Positions 1 through 10,900 of a stretch of 64,000 nt of DNA are shown here, piece by piece (position 1 is the stretch's first letter; each line of letters starts with the position of its first letter). Both the position numbers and the translations under genes were made by a program. A model generated the notes under the pieces. That model had not been told where the DNA came from, made no database searches, and saw only the letters and a program-made list of their open reading frames with translations. Origin of the DNA: Octopus sinensis. Taxonomy: Eukaryota. The DNA is taken from positions 57,660,001 to 57,724,000 of the forward strand of contig NC_043003.1 of NCBI RefSeq assembly GCF_006345805.1. Reading direction: 5' to 3'.

Positions 1-359
1 GCATTTAGTCGAGAAAATCGACCCCAGGACTTATTCTTTCTAAGTCCAGTACTTATTCTATCGGTCTCTTTTTGCCGAACCGCGAAGTTACGGGGACGTA
101 AACACACCAGCATTGGTTGTCAAGCGATGTTGGTGGTGGGGGGGGGGACAAACACAGACACACACACATATATATATACATATACATATATATACGATGG
201 GCTTCTTTCAGTTTCCGTCTACCAAATCTACTCACAAGGCTTTCGTCAGCCCGAGGCTATAGTAGAAGACACTTGCCCAAGGTGCACACGCAGTAGGACT
301 GAACCCGGAATCATATGGTTGGTAAGCAAGCTACTTACCACACAGCCACTCCTACGCCT
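1..359 (-). mobile_element. SINE family A (tRNA-like head + central microsatellite + second module); 3' end cut by window edge
   Basis: Reverse complement of the consensus seen in many copies here: head GGAGTGGCTGTGTGGTAAG...GGTTCAGTCC...CCTTGGGCAAGTGTC, a (TA)/(TG) hinge, then the CCGATAGAATAAGTAC...GGGGTCGATT module. Confidence 0.9.
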
Positions 360-393
360 TTTTTTTTTTTTTTTTTGACTTTTAACTTTTTCT

Positions 394-1010
394 AAGGCGG
401 CGAGCTGGCAGAAACGTTAGCACGTCGGGCGAAATGCGTGGCCGTATTTCGTCTGCTGTTACGTTCTGAGTTCAAATTCCGCCGAGGTCGACTTTACTTT
501 TTATCCTTTCGGGGTCGATAAATTAAGTACCAGTTACGCACTGGAGTCGATAAATTAAGTACCAGTTACGCACTGGAGTCGATATAATCAGCTTAATCCG
601 TTTGTCTGTCCTTGTGTGTCCTCTCTGTGTTTAGCCCCTTGTGAGTAGTAAAGAAATAGGTATTTCGTCTGTCTTTACGTTCAGAGATCAAATTCTGCCG
701 AGGCCGACTTTACTTTTCATCCTTTCGGGGTCGATAAATTAAGTACCAGTTACGCACTGGAGTCGATATAATCGGCTTAATCCGTTTGTCTGTCCTTGTT
801 TGTCCTCTCTGTGTTTAGCCCCTTGTGAGTAGTAAAGAAATAGGTATTTCGTCTGTCTTTATGTTCTGAGATCAAATTCTGACGAGGCCGACTTTGCCTT
901 TCATCCTTTCGCTGGCGATAAATTAAGTACCATTTGCGTACTGGAGTCGATCTAATCGACTGGCCCCTTCCTTAAAAATATCGGGCCTTGTGCCTAGAGT
1001 AGAAAAGAAT
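394..1010 (+). mobile_element. SINE family B with internal tandem units (~184 bp)
   Basis: Head AAGGCGGCGAGCTGGCAGAAACGTTAGCAC, B-box-like GAGTTCAAATTCC, core TTTCATCCTTTCGGGGTCGATAAATTAAGTACCAG. The unit starting GTATTTCGTC occurs three times; unit 1 has an extra 32-bp duplication. Confidence 0.9.
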
Positions 1011-1105
1011 ATTTTTCTCTTTTATTTCTTTCGGTCATCTGACTACGACCATGCTGTAACACCGCCTTGAAAGATTAACCCGGTGTTTCATAACCATTTT
1101 GTGTC

Positions 1106-1293
1106 TATTCTTTTATTCTTTTACTTGTTTCAGTCATTTGACTGCGGCCATGCTGGAGTACCGGCTTCAGTCGAACAATTTGACCCCAAAACTTATTCTT
1201 TATAAGCCTAGTACGTATTCTATCGGTTACTTTTGCCGAACCTCTAAGTTACGGGGACGTAAACTCACACACACACACACACACACATATATA

Positions 1294-1327
<34 letters not shown>

Positions 1328-1509
1328 ATATATATATATATATATACGGCAGGCTTCTTTCATTTCCGTCTATCAAAACCATTCACAATGCTTTAGTCGA
1401 CCTGAGGCTATAGTAGAAGATACTTGCCCAAGGTGCCACACAGTGGGACTGAACCCGGAACCATATGGTTTGGAAGCAAGCTTCTTACCACACAGCCATG
1501 CATGCGCCT
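1106..1509 (-). mobile_element. SINE family A, full length
   Basis: Complete head, hinge, second module and (GTAAAAGA)n-type tail. Confidence 0.9.
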
Positions 1510-2685
1510 ATGGACACCTTTGATTCCTATTTTATAAAATCGCATTTATATTATTAAATATTTATTAGGAATTGTGTTTAAAAATGTCAAACTATTTTGC
1601 ACATTGTAGGCGTACAACTAATTTATTGCACATAAACATTAACCAAAAAAAATCCAATATGGATCCCCAAAGGGTCATACGGACCCCGGTTAAGACCACG
1701 ATTTCCCTTGTCTACGTTCTCTTACTGGTATTTCATTTTATCGGCCTCGAAGGGATGAAAAGCAAACATTGAACTGGTCTGGAATCGAAAGCAGAGCGCT
1801 TGAAAGCTGGAACATAAATAACACGTGGATGGTATTTTGTGCTTCGCTCTGTCGAATCTGCCAATTTCACCCAGGTTTAGTCAAACAAATCGACCCCAGC
1901 ATTTATTTTTTAACTCCTGATGCTTATTGAAACGATTCTTTTGCGAAACCTCCATCTTACCGTTTACCAAAGAGCTAATTTTTCATCAGAACATACGAGG
2001 AAACAAGGTGAGGTGTAAAACTTATATGACCCCCATCCCAATTTTTTTTTTCTTTTCCTTAACTTCCGACGTAATCAGTAATCTCCATTTGAAACGCATT
2101 AGCTGAAAATTTTTATTTAAAAAAAAAACTCCAGTTTCCAGAAAGTTATAAAGAAATAAATCAAGACGTGTGAATTATCCAAAAATCCTCATTCAACAAG
2201 CTCCCACAAAATGTTTCGTGACAACTTCCGATATAATTTCAATCGAAGCCTTCAAAAATGTTTCTTCGGAAAATTTCATCGAAAAATATAATGAAACATA
2301 GTCGGTGGAGATAACACGTCAGTTGATACCCTTAATACATACATACATACATCTTTTTTTTTTTCGTAGTTCGAAAAAAAGTTCGTTTCTGTGTTTTTGT
2401 TTTTATGTTTTCGTTTCTCATTGTGTTCAACGTTTTTTTTTATGTCCTGTACCCATATATGCATGTGTATATATACATATATATGTAGGTATGTACATAT
2501 ATGTATGTATATACGCATATATTTATATATTATTTATATTATTACATACATAAATACATGCATACATACATACGTACGTACATGCATGCATACATGCACA
2601 TATAATACAAACATACATTCATAGATACATGCATACATTCACACATACATTCATGCATACATGTACATACATACACACATACATA

Positions 2686-3127
2686 GGAAAATCAAAGAAA
2701 AAGAGAATATCTATGGGCAACTGCTTCAAAACCTCCATCTTCTATATCCAGACTATGAATTCATATTCATACCAATAATAAATGGAGTACTAAGTTTTGT
2801 TAGTAAACGCTTAAAGGAGAATCTGGATAAACTGGGATTTTCAGAAAGAGAAATCGACCGGCTAATTCGTATATTACAAGTGCAATCTGTAAGTGGAACA
2901 ATAAAAATAGGCAAGATTTTTCTCAAGTTCCACATGTGAATTTGTCAGTGTTAACTACATCCCAAAGTTGGAGACTTGTATCTTTGTTGCAAACCAGCTC
3001 CCTCCCTAGTGGAAGATTTATAATAATTAAAATATAGAAGAGACATACATACATACATGATGAGGATGGCTGTCCACTCGTGACCGAGGAAGACCATTGT
3101 TGACCTTCAGGAACATTGTGCGCTCTA
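2686..3127 (+). mobile_element. 5'-truncated R4/Dong-type (restriction-like endonuclease) non-LTR retrotransposon 3' end
   Basis: Encodes KEKENIYGQLLQNLHLLYPDYEFIFIPIINGVLSFVSKRLKENLDKLGF...VQSVSGTIKIGKIFLKFHM* (stop 2937-2939). This matches the recalled R4/Dong C-terminal pattern K..KY..L...L..L......IPI..G.LG.....L..LG......GT..I. A ~190-bp 3' UTR follows, and both flanks are (TACA)n-like. Confidence 0.7.
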
Positions 3128-3352
3128 CATATACATACACATACACATGTATGTGTGTGTGTGTATATATATATATATAAGATATATACATGTATACAAA
3201 TATATATATATATATATACATATATATACATGTATATATATAGACATATATAAAGTTAATCCAAACATGAAAACCAAAGAGAAAACAACAACGCGAGGAC
3301 GTGGAACAATACATATATATATATATATATATATATAGTATATATATTGGTG

Positions 3353-3412
<60 letters not shown>

Positions 3413-3419
3413 TCATATA

Positions 3420-4410
3420 TGTATATATATCAAAATAAGCAATAACGATATCCCGAGGTTATGCAGTACGATCGTTTCAAGCAACTCCATTTAATTGAAC
3501 AATGCAGTCATTACATCAATTTAAATGAGAGCAATCCTCAGCTGCATAGAAACAGAATTTAATTAAACTAAAACAGATAGACATAGTATAATTTTAACTA
3601 AAATCTCCAAGAAGGTAAGAAGATAGACAAAGGGACATACTGCCTTCGCTACAGCTTAGAAGCTACTAGAAACTTAATAGCTTCTAAGCTGAAGTGTAGG
3701 CAGCATGTTGGGTGGGGTGGGAGAGTTAGTGTGTGGTGTTAGTGTGGAGTCTGTGTATATGTGGGATTACAATTTGTGTGAAAGAGTGTGTATTGGGGGG
3801 AGACAGTTTATTTTGTGGAGTGTCCACCTTATAGGGGTGTGTGCGTGTCTGCTTTACAGGGGTGTGTACGTATGTGTACAGGAGTGCCTTGGTGTGTGCT
3901 TCGCTCAAACACTTTTTTGTCAAGCCTAAAGGCAATGGTGGAAGATCGTTTGCGGAAGGTCGAGGCCAGGGACTTGTGGCTGCAGTCATGGTGGGTCGCG
4001 CAGGTACGATAGAATGGAATTTCCATTCATGCAGGCTTGGATTAAACACCCCACTCCTGCTATTCAGACAGACATCCGGGCGTTGGGTCCCTTTTGAAAA
4101 TGCTCTCTTCCCAGAGAGTCATAACCTGCAGTTCCTACTGTTATTGAAGTACGGTTTGCATCTGTCGAGGATCTTCCACTTTATGCTGTACACCGTGGCG
4201 CTTTTTTTTTTCGAAATGAAGACTTGCATGGCTAGGGTTGTGGAGTTACACCTGTCTGGTATGTGGAATGAGGACTTGTGATTATTAAAGCGGTTTCTGA
4301 AGGGACCTTCTGTTGCCTCCAGATACTTCTGCACGCTCGGTTGTCCATAGGGTCCTGTTTCTGTTACTTTAGCCTCGTAAAAAAACTGTTTCTGTATTGC
4401 AGTGTCTATA
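3420..4410 (-). mobile_element. Penelope-like element remnant: GIY-YIG endonuclease C-terminal part plus 3' terminal region
   Basis: Minus-strand translation KYLEATEGPFRNRFNNHKSSFH...STTL...YSIKWKILDRCKPYFNNSRNCRL*...LNSRSGVFNPSLHEWKF matches the recalled PLE endonuclease pattern (Y.G.TE..FK.R..NHK.SF; WKIL.R...Y......C.LCL; LN.RSE....C.H..KF). Contains a stop (decayed). Truncated upstream by a SINE at 4420. Confidence 0.8.
3460..3548 (-). ncRNA. Type I hammerhead ribozyme motif of PLE type
   Basis: Minus strand: stem I TATGCAG(3548-3542)/CTGCATA(3466-3460), core CTGAGGA (3541-3535), long stem II hairpin, GAAA (3478-3475), palindromic stem III ACGATCGT, cleavage triplet GUA with the cut between 3467 and 3466. 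The first pairs of stem II are mismatched. Confidence 0.8.
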
Positions 4411-4419
4411 TATATATAC

Positions 4420-4587
4420 ACGACGGGCTTCTTTTAGTTTCTATGTACCAAATCCACTCACAAGGCTTCGGTCGGCCCGAGACTATAGTAGAATGCACTT
4501 ACCCAAGTTGTTACGCAGTGGAATAGAACCCAGAACCATGTGGTTGGGAAGCAAGCTTCTTACCACACAGCCATGCCTACGCCTATA
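4420..4587 (-). mobile_element. SINE family A, left (tRNA-head) half
   Basis: Matches the head consensus; interrupts the PLE remnant. Confidence 0.85.
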
Positions 4588-4622
4588 CAAATACATACAT
4601 ACATACATACATACATACATAA

Positions 4623-4727
<105 letters not shown>

Positions 4728-5039
4728 ATGCAGGCCATGTGTATGGAAGCAACCTTCTACCCACACAGTCTAGCCTTCCATAAAGATAGTTTCATGTGAA
4801 GCACTACATTCTGTAGAATGTTCTGTGGGTTTCATTTTCCGATAGAACGGTGTAATTTTGAGGAATATTTGGTTCCTACTTTTAGCAAATTAAACGACAA
4901 CGTGGAAGCCCCATGGCAGGGTGATTGTGGCGGTTATGCTTATGACAGAAACGATCAACGAATGAATGTTGTCTTTATTGGAAACCGACTGCTTCATAGT
5001 TCTGTCAAGCCTGCGGTCATAGACAGATTATACAGTCAC

Positions 5040-5107
5040 ATATGTAAACACACACGCACACACGCGCCTGCGCACATCTTATTACCAAGTACACACACAA
5101 CACACAC

Positions 5108-5157
<50 letters not shown>

Positions 5158-5306
5158 ATATAATATATATATATATAATATATTATTATGTGTGTGTGTG
5201 GTGTGTGGTGTGTGTTTGTGAGTGTATGTATGCACGAAAGATTGTGCTTGCATATATTCATACATACAAATATATATACATATATATATATATACAAATA
5301 CATACA

Positions 5307-5338
<32 letters not shown>

Positions 5339-5525
5339 CGCATAAGCAGAAATTATATATACCCACACGCATATATATCCAAATTCATAGAGGGGCATAT
5401 TGAGACATTAAATATTTACTGACTTTATTCAATTTATGTAATTAGCTAAATTAACAAACCTAATTATAAAACTTTCGTCCACTGTGCTTGTTTCATATGG
5501 AGAACGTGTATATAATATATATATA

Positions 5526-5561
<36 letters not shown>

Positions 5562-6330
5562 TGTGTGTATGTATATATATGCATATATATATATATGTAT
5601 ATGAATGTGTGTATGTATATAATGCATATATATATGATATATATATATGCATGTATTTATATCTATGTCTCTATATGTGTAAGTAGTGCTAATCTATCTA
5701 TCTGTCTATATATACATATATATCTATATATATATATATTTATATATATGTATGTATATATGCGTGTCCGTGTGTATATGTGTGCATGTGTGTATATGTG
5801 AATGTGTCTGTCTCTGTGTATATTTGAGTGTGTGTGCGTGTATGAGTGCGTTTGTGTACCTATGTGCTGTATTCATCTTCATAACATGTTTGGTGTTTGT
5901 AACAGCGGTTAGTCTCAAAGATACGTATTTGCACACACACACACATACGCTCCTACCCTACCTACCGACTGGCCAGCCTATATACACATACATACATGCA
6001 TTCATATATGCATTCTTGCATACATACATATATTCACACATACGTATATACATACATATATACACTTATACATACATACATACATACATACATACATACA
6101 TACATAATACACACACACACACACACTCGCATGCATGCATGCATACATACATACATACATACATACATACATAAATAGTACGTACATATACATACATACA
6201 TACATACATACATACATACATACATACATACGTACGTACATACATGCATACATACATACATACATACATACATACATACATACATACATACATACATACA
6301 TACATACATACGTACGTACGTACGTACATA
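5040..6330. repeat. Compound microsatellite block (CA)n/(TA)n/(TACA)n/(TG)n
   Basis: Directly visible; the source of many spurious [12 protein letters not shown] ORFs. Confidence 0.95.
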
Positions 6331-7254
6331 CGAGATTGTATATACTTATAAAGAAAATGACAAACTTCCAAGGAAAGTTTGACAATGGCGACATGTCTAT
6401 GAAAACGTTTGCAACTGTCTCTGCTTGACATTCTCTGAAGTCTACCGCAGACATCCAGCCTTCACCAGCCACGATTACCTCTAGGATGTTCACTAATTAG
6501 TTTGTCTTTTATACAGACACGCCACCAAAAGCAAACTTATATTTTAAAACAAAGAATTAAGAAAGAACGTATAATAATTCGTTTTTGTATATGGTTTGCA
6601 ACATTCTTGACGTGAACTCGGATGTTGGAACAGATTTAGTTGTATCTTGGGAGGGTCGTTATGTCAATAATAAACGCTCGCACTGGTTCTGTTTCACTTC
6701 TTTTATTTTTATTAGCGAACTAATCGACCTTTTGGTCAATCAAACAACTAACAAACCATTGATCGCACAAACGATTAGTTAATTAGCTAAATGGTTAACT
6801 AGTTCGATTGATGATAATTCAACCATGCCATCATGTTTTGTTCGGAACATGAAGGACATCATTATTGAACGTATTATTTTCCTTATTTTCGCAAGTAGGT
6901 TTATGATTTAGCTGTTATCTCTAGCCTGTAACTTCCCGAACGAGAAATGTTTAGAAATTTGAATTTATGTTGGTTATTACTGATTTTAAAACCCCTGGTC
7001 CATCCATCAGAGTTAATTTCAAAACGGTCCGGTTATGACCATTACACCTTTTATACAGACGTAGTACATGACTTCACCACAAGGTCCAATCTTTCTTACG
7101 GTTGGGTTAGCTTGAGTACCACAATGACCCTTAGAACTAGGGCCTCTCATGCTGGACAAGTCAAAGGATAGAGGCCAGACCAATATGCACCACCTCTTTC
7201 AAGAACTAAAAATGGGTTTGCTTAGGGCAAATGAAATCTAAATGAAATCTAATG

Positions 7255-7512
7255 AGACCTCGGAGATGAAGGCATTCTCTTGGGGAAACAGGACGTGGTG
7301 CAGCAAAATTCAAAAGGAAACCAACATCTTGCACTACACGTCAAACCCTGATCTGAAAACTCACTCGGAAGGTGGAAGAGAGACCACTCAGAAAATAGCA
7401 GGAAACGGGATACTGAGGCAGAAATGATAACAGCAGCCCAGAGTCGAGAACAGTGGGGGAAAATCTTCCATGACCTGCTTATTCTCTACAGGGAGCGAAG
7501 GGTTTAAATAAG
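7255..7512 (+). mobile_element. RTE-clade LINE 3' fragment (decayed)
   Basis: Frameshifted translation ...RKPTSCTTRQTL...GRWKR...RKRDTEAEM...AAQSREQW...GSEGFK* followed by TAAATAAGTA. Resembles the RTE C-terminus (RKP.SNITRQAL.WNP.GKRKRGRP..TW.R..EA). Confidence 0.6.
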
Positions 7513-7528
7513 TATATAATTAGATTGT

Positions 7529-7845
7529 GAAGGCCCGAGACTTAGTAGTTAATGTAATCGGCTCATGATCGTAAGGTCTTGAGTTCGATTCCCAGCGGCG
7601 CGTTGTGTCCTTGAGCAAGACACTTTATTTCACGTTGCTGCAGTCCACTCAGTTGGCAAAACTGAGCAGTACCTGTATTTCAATGGGTCAGCCTTGTCAC
7701 ACCTCTGTGTCACGCTGAATCTGACCGAGAACTGCGTTAAAAGTGTCTGTGGAGTGCTCAACCACTCGCGCGTTAATTTCACGAGCAGGCTGTTCCGTCG
7801 GTCGGATCACATGGAACCCTCGTCGTCGGAACCGACGAAGTGCCA
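7529..7845 (+). mobile_element. SINE family C (tRNA head + CCTTGAGCAAGACACTT core)
   Basis: A-box/B-box-like TAGTAGTTAA...GAGTTCGATTCCC, then GTGTCCTTGAGCAAGACACTTTATTTCACGTTGC. A homologous copy lies at 46212. Confidence 0.85.
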
Positions 7846-7900
7846 ATTTCTTCCTTTTTTTTTTTTTTTTAGTATATAACTAGATTATTTAATGTGCCTT

Positions 7901-8112
7901 AAGGCGGCGAGCTAGTGGGATCATTATCACGCTGTACAAAATTCTTCGTGGCATTTCGTCCGTCATTACGTTCTGAGTTCAACTTACGCCGGCGTAGACT
8001 TTGCCTTTCATCCTTTCGGGATCGATGAAAAAAGTACCAGCCAAGAACTGGGGTCGATGTAGTCGACTTACCCACTCCCCTAAATTCCAGGCCTTGTGCC
8101 ATAAATAGAAAG
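7901..8112 (+). mobile_element. SINE family B, single unit
   Basis: AAGGCGGCGAG head and TTGCCTTTCATCCTTTCGGG core. Confidence 0.85.
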
Positions 8113-8725
8113 GACTATTTAATGTGCCCTTTCTTTCGAAGAAAATTGTCAGTGATATTTGAGGAAGATTTAGTTGCTTTTATTTTTATAGATCTAGCAA
8201 CGACAGAGAAGGTGCTTAGCTCGAGCTCAACCCTGATCGAGTTAACCGATTATCAAATGCACTCCAACCGTGGCCAACCCGTTTTTTTTTCATTTTTGTT
8301 TCTCTATGTAATGAACCCAAGACCACATTATCTAACTCGCTTTTCAAGACGATAAGATATAATTTGACGGAAATTTGGTTGCTATTTCTAGAAGGCCAAA
8401 TGGTCACGTAAACCCTCTCATATTGACTCGCTGTACAAGAGAGGGTAGAGAGTTGTAAACTTACTTTAGAGTGGTTGTTGAGCCTCGGGCCCACTGTGGT
8501 TGAACGGCCATATAATCAAAGGTGTTCCAATCTTGACCATCCTGCTTTTTTGTACATCAAACACTATATTTCTTAATGTGTCCTTGCGCTATCTTTAGAG
8601 AATAGGATATGATTTGAAAGGGATATGATTACCCTTTTTAGGAAACCGCATGAATACACGGACGCTCCTTCGTTCGTTCGTTTTAAATTTATGTCACGAT
8701 GTATGTTCGAGTGTTACGCTTTTCA

Positions 8726-9138
8726 CAGGAGTGGCCGTGTGGTAGGTAGCTTGCTTACCAACCACATGGTTCCGGGTTCATTACCACTGTGTGGCACCTT
8801 GGGCAAGTGTCTTCTACTATAGCATCGGGCCGACCAAAGTCTTGTGAGTGGATTTGGTAGACGGAAACTGAAAGAAGCCCGCCGTATATATATATATTAT
8901 ATATATATATATATGTATATGTTTGTGTGTCTGTGTTTGTCTCCCACCCCCAACATCACTTGACAACCGATGTTGGTGTGTTTACGTCCCCGTAACTTAG
9001 CGGTTCGGCAAAAGAGACCGATAGAATAAGTACTAGGCTTACAAAGAATAAGTCCTGTGGTCGATTTGCCCAACTAAAAGCGGTGCTCCAGCATGGCCGC
9101 AGTCAAATGACTGAAACAAGTAAAGGAGATAAAAGAGA
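8726..9138 (+). mobile_element. SINE family A, full length
   Basis: Head, (TA)/(TG) hinge, second module and tail all present. Confidence 0.9.
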
Positions 9139-9155
9139 AACGAAATAAATCAAAG

Positions 9156-9335
9156 ATAATCGAATAATTGGAGCGTTACGCATTTTAACGAGCCCAACTA
9201 TGGAACGATAACGAAGAGATAATCGAAAAACCGTACCGTTACGCTTTTTAACAAGCTTAACTATGGGAACGAATTCAGAGACATAATTGAAAAGTGCAGC
9301 TGCTACGCTTTTTAACAAGCTGGAAACATAATTGA
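9156..9335. repeat. Degenerate ~63-bp tandem repeat (about 3 units)
   Basis: ATAAT(C/T)GA recurs at 9156, 9219, 9283 and 9328. The first three units each carry TACGC(A/T)TTTTAAC(G/A)AGC. Confidence 0.7.
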
Positions 9336-9523
9336 TATGAATTTGAAGTTCTATAAAGGTTTGTGTATCATTTTAAAGAAAGGTTTTAATTCGATTCCTG
9401 TTGGTGTAAAATTGTGGGGGAAGTATGAAAAGATGTAAGTGCAAAGAGTCAAAGTAGAGAACAACAAATAGTTTTGTAATAGAACTATGTGTGTGTGTGT
9501 GTATGTGTGTGTGTGTGTGTGTT

Positions 9524-9560
<37 letters not shown>

Positions 9561-10348
9561 GCGTGCGCGTGGGTGTGTGCGCGCGCGTCTTTTTTTTTAC
9601 GGTTTCGCAAGCTAACGATTCGGCAAAAGTGTTCCAATAGTAAGTATCAGGCTTAAAAGCATAAATAGTGGGGTCGATTTGTTCGACTAACTCCTAACCC
9701 CTACATAGCGGTACCCCAACATGATCCGAGTCCAAGGACTAAAAACGTATGAAACGGTAAAAATTGTATAACAAACCCTTGTTTTGCACGAAACTTTCTT
9801 AAAGCAATGCTCGTATCTCTTACTGCTTTACGGGGGGGGGGGGGGGGGGGCAAAAAAAAGAAAGAAAAAAAAGAAAGAAAAGAAAAGAAAAAGAAAACGC
9901 TAGTTGCGTTCTCTACGAAAGTGAACACAAACGCAAACCTTACGTGACGCGAGATGCTTGTAGATTGGCAAAATTGTCAGATCATCAAACAATAATACTT
10001 TACTGTAATTAGTTACGGTATTTTGCAAACTTGCTTATCGTCCTTTAAGGGGTCGGTAACACAGTATTTGGGAGGATAGTCAATTTGTATTCCTTATAAT
10101 GCATCCAGAAAGTGTAGTATGTCCGAATTGTTAAGAACTTCGCTTAGCACTGCCGAGGTCTTGGGTTCGATTCCGTTACACGGCATTTTGGAGAAAATTC
10201 ATTTTCTAAACTAAGGGTCGATTCTATACTCTATATGGATCGATCTCATACCCTGCGAGTGAAACTGGCAAAAATGGAAATTGTATAGACGCCCGTCAGA
10301 TGGATTGCGCTTGTAATCAAAAAAAAAAAAGGGTACGGCCTTTCTCAC

Positions 10349-10900
10349 GATGATAACGACGACGCTGACGACGAGGACGATGCTGGCGACGACGATGTTG
10401 GCGACGGCGACGTTGGTGACGACGATGCTGGCAACGACGACGTTGGCGACGACGACGTCGGCAACGATGACGTTGGCAACGACGACGTTGGCAACGACGA
10501 CGACGTTGGCAACGACGACGACGTTGGCAACGACGACGACGTTGGCAACGACGACGACGTTGGCAACGACGACGACGTTGGCAACGACGACGACGTTGGC
10601 AACGACGACGACGTTGGCAACGACGACGCTGGCAATGACGATGCTGGCCATGACGACGTTGGCAACGACGTCTTTGGCAACAACGACGTCCTTGGCAACG
10701 ACGACGTTGGCAACGACGACGTTGGCAACGACGACGTTGGCAACGACGACGTTGGCAACGACGACGTTGGCAACGACGACGTTGGCAACGACGACGTTGG
10801 CAACGCCGACGCTTGCAACGACACAGGTGACGACGCAGGTGGCGATGATGATGGCGACGACGGCGACTAGGACGACGACGACGACAACGACGATTCACCT
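10349..10900. repeat. GC-rich 15/18-bp minisatellite (GAC)2-3 GTT GGC AAC
   Basis: Directly visible. All length variation is in multiples of 3, so several frames stay open. Confidence 0.95.

Noticed and set aside
394-1010. CRISPR-like appearance of repeated motifs in the SINE B arrays and the 63-bp array at 9156
   Set aside because: Eukaryotic context, no unique spacers of constant length, no cas genes; the units are whole tandem duplications.
4846-4920. Possible + exon (RCNFEEYLVPTFSKLNDNVEAPWQG)
   Set aside because: Splice sites are plausible but there is no phase-linked neighbour and no recognisable homology; chance cannot be excluded.
6348-6493. Possible - exon (NILEVIVAGEGWMSAVDFRECQAETVANVFIDMSPLSNFPWKFVIFFI)
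   Set aside because: Open and protein-like, but the acceptor has no pyrimidine tract and I found no supported partner exons. Worth a tBLASTn.
8726-8800. tRNA genes at SINE heads
   Set aside because: A/B-box-like motifs are present, but I see no complete cloverleaf, and each runs into a SINE body.
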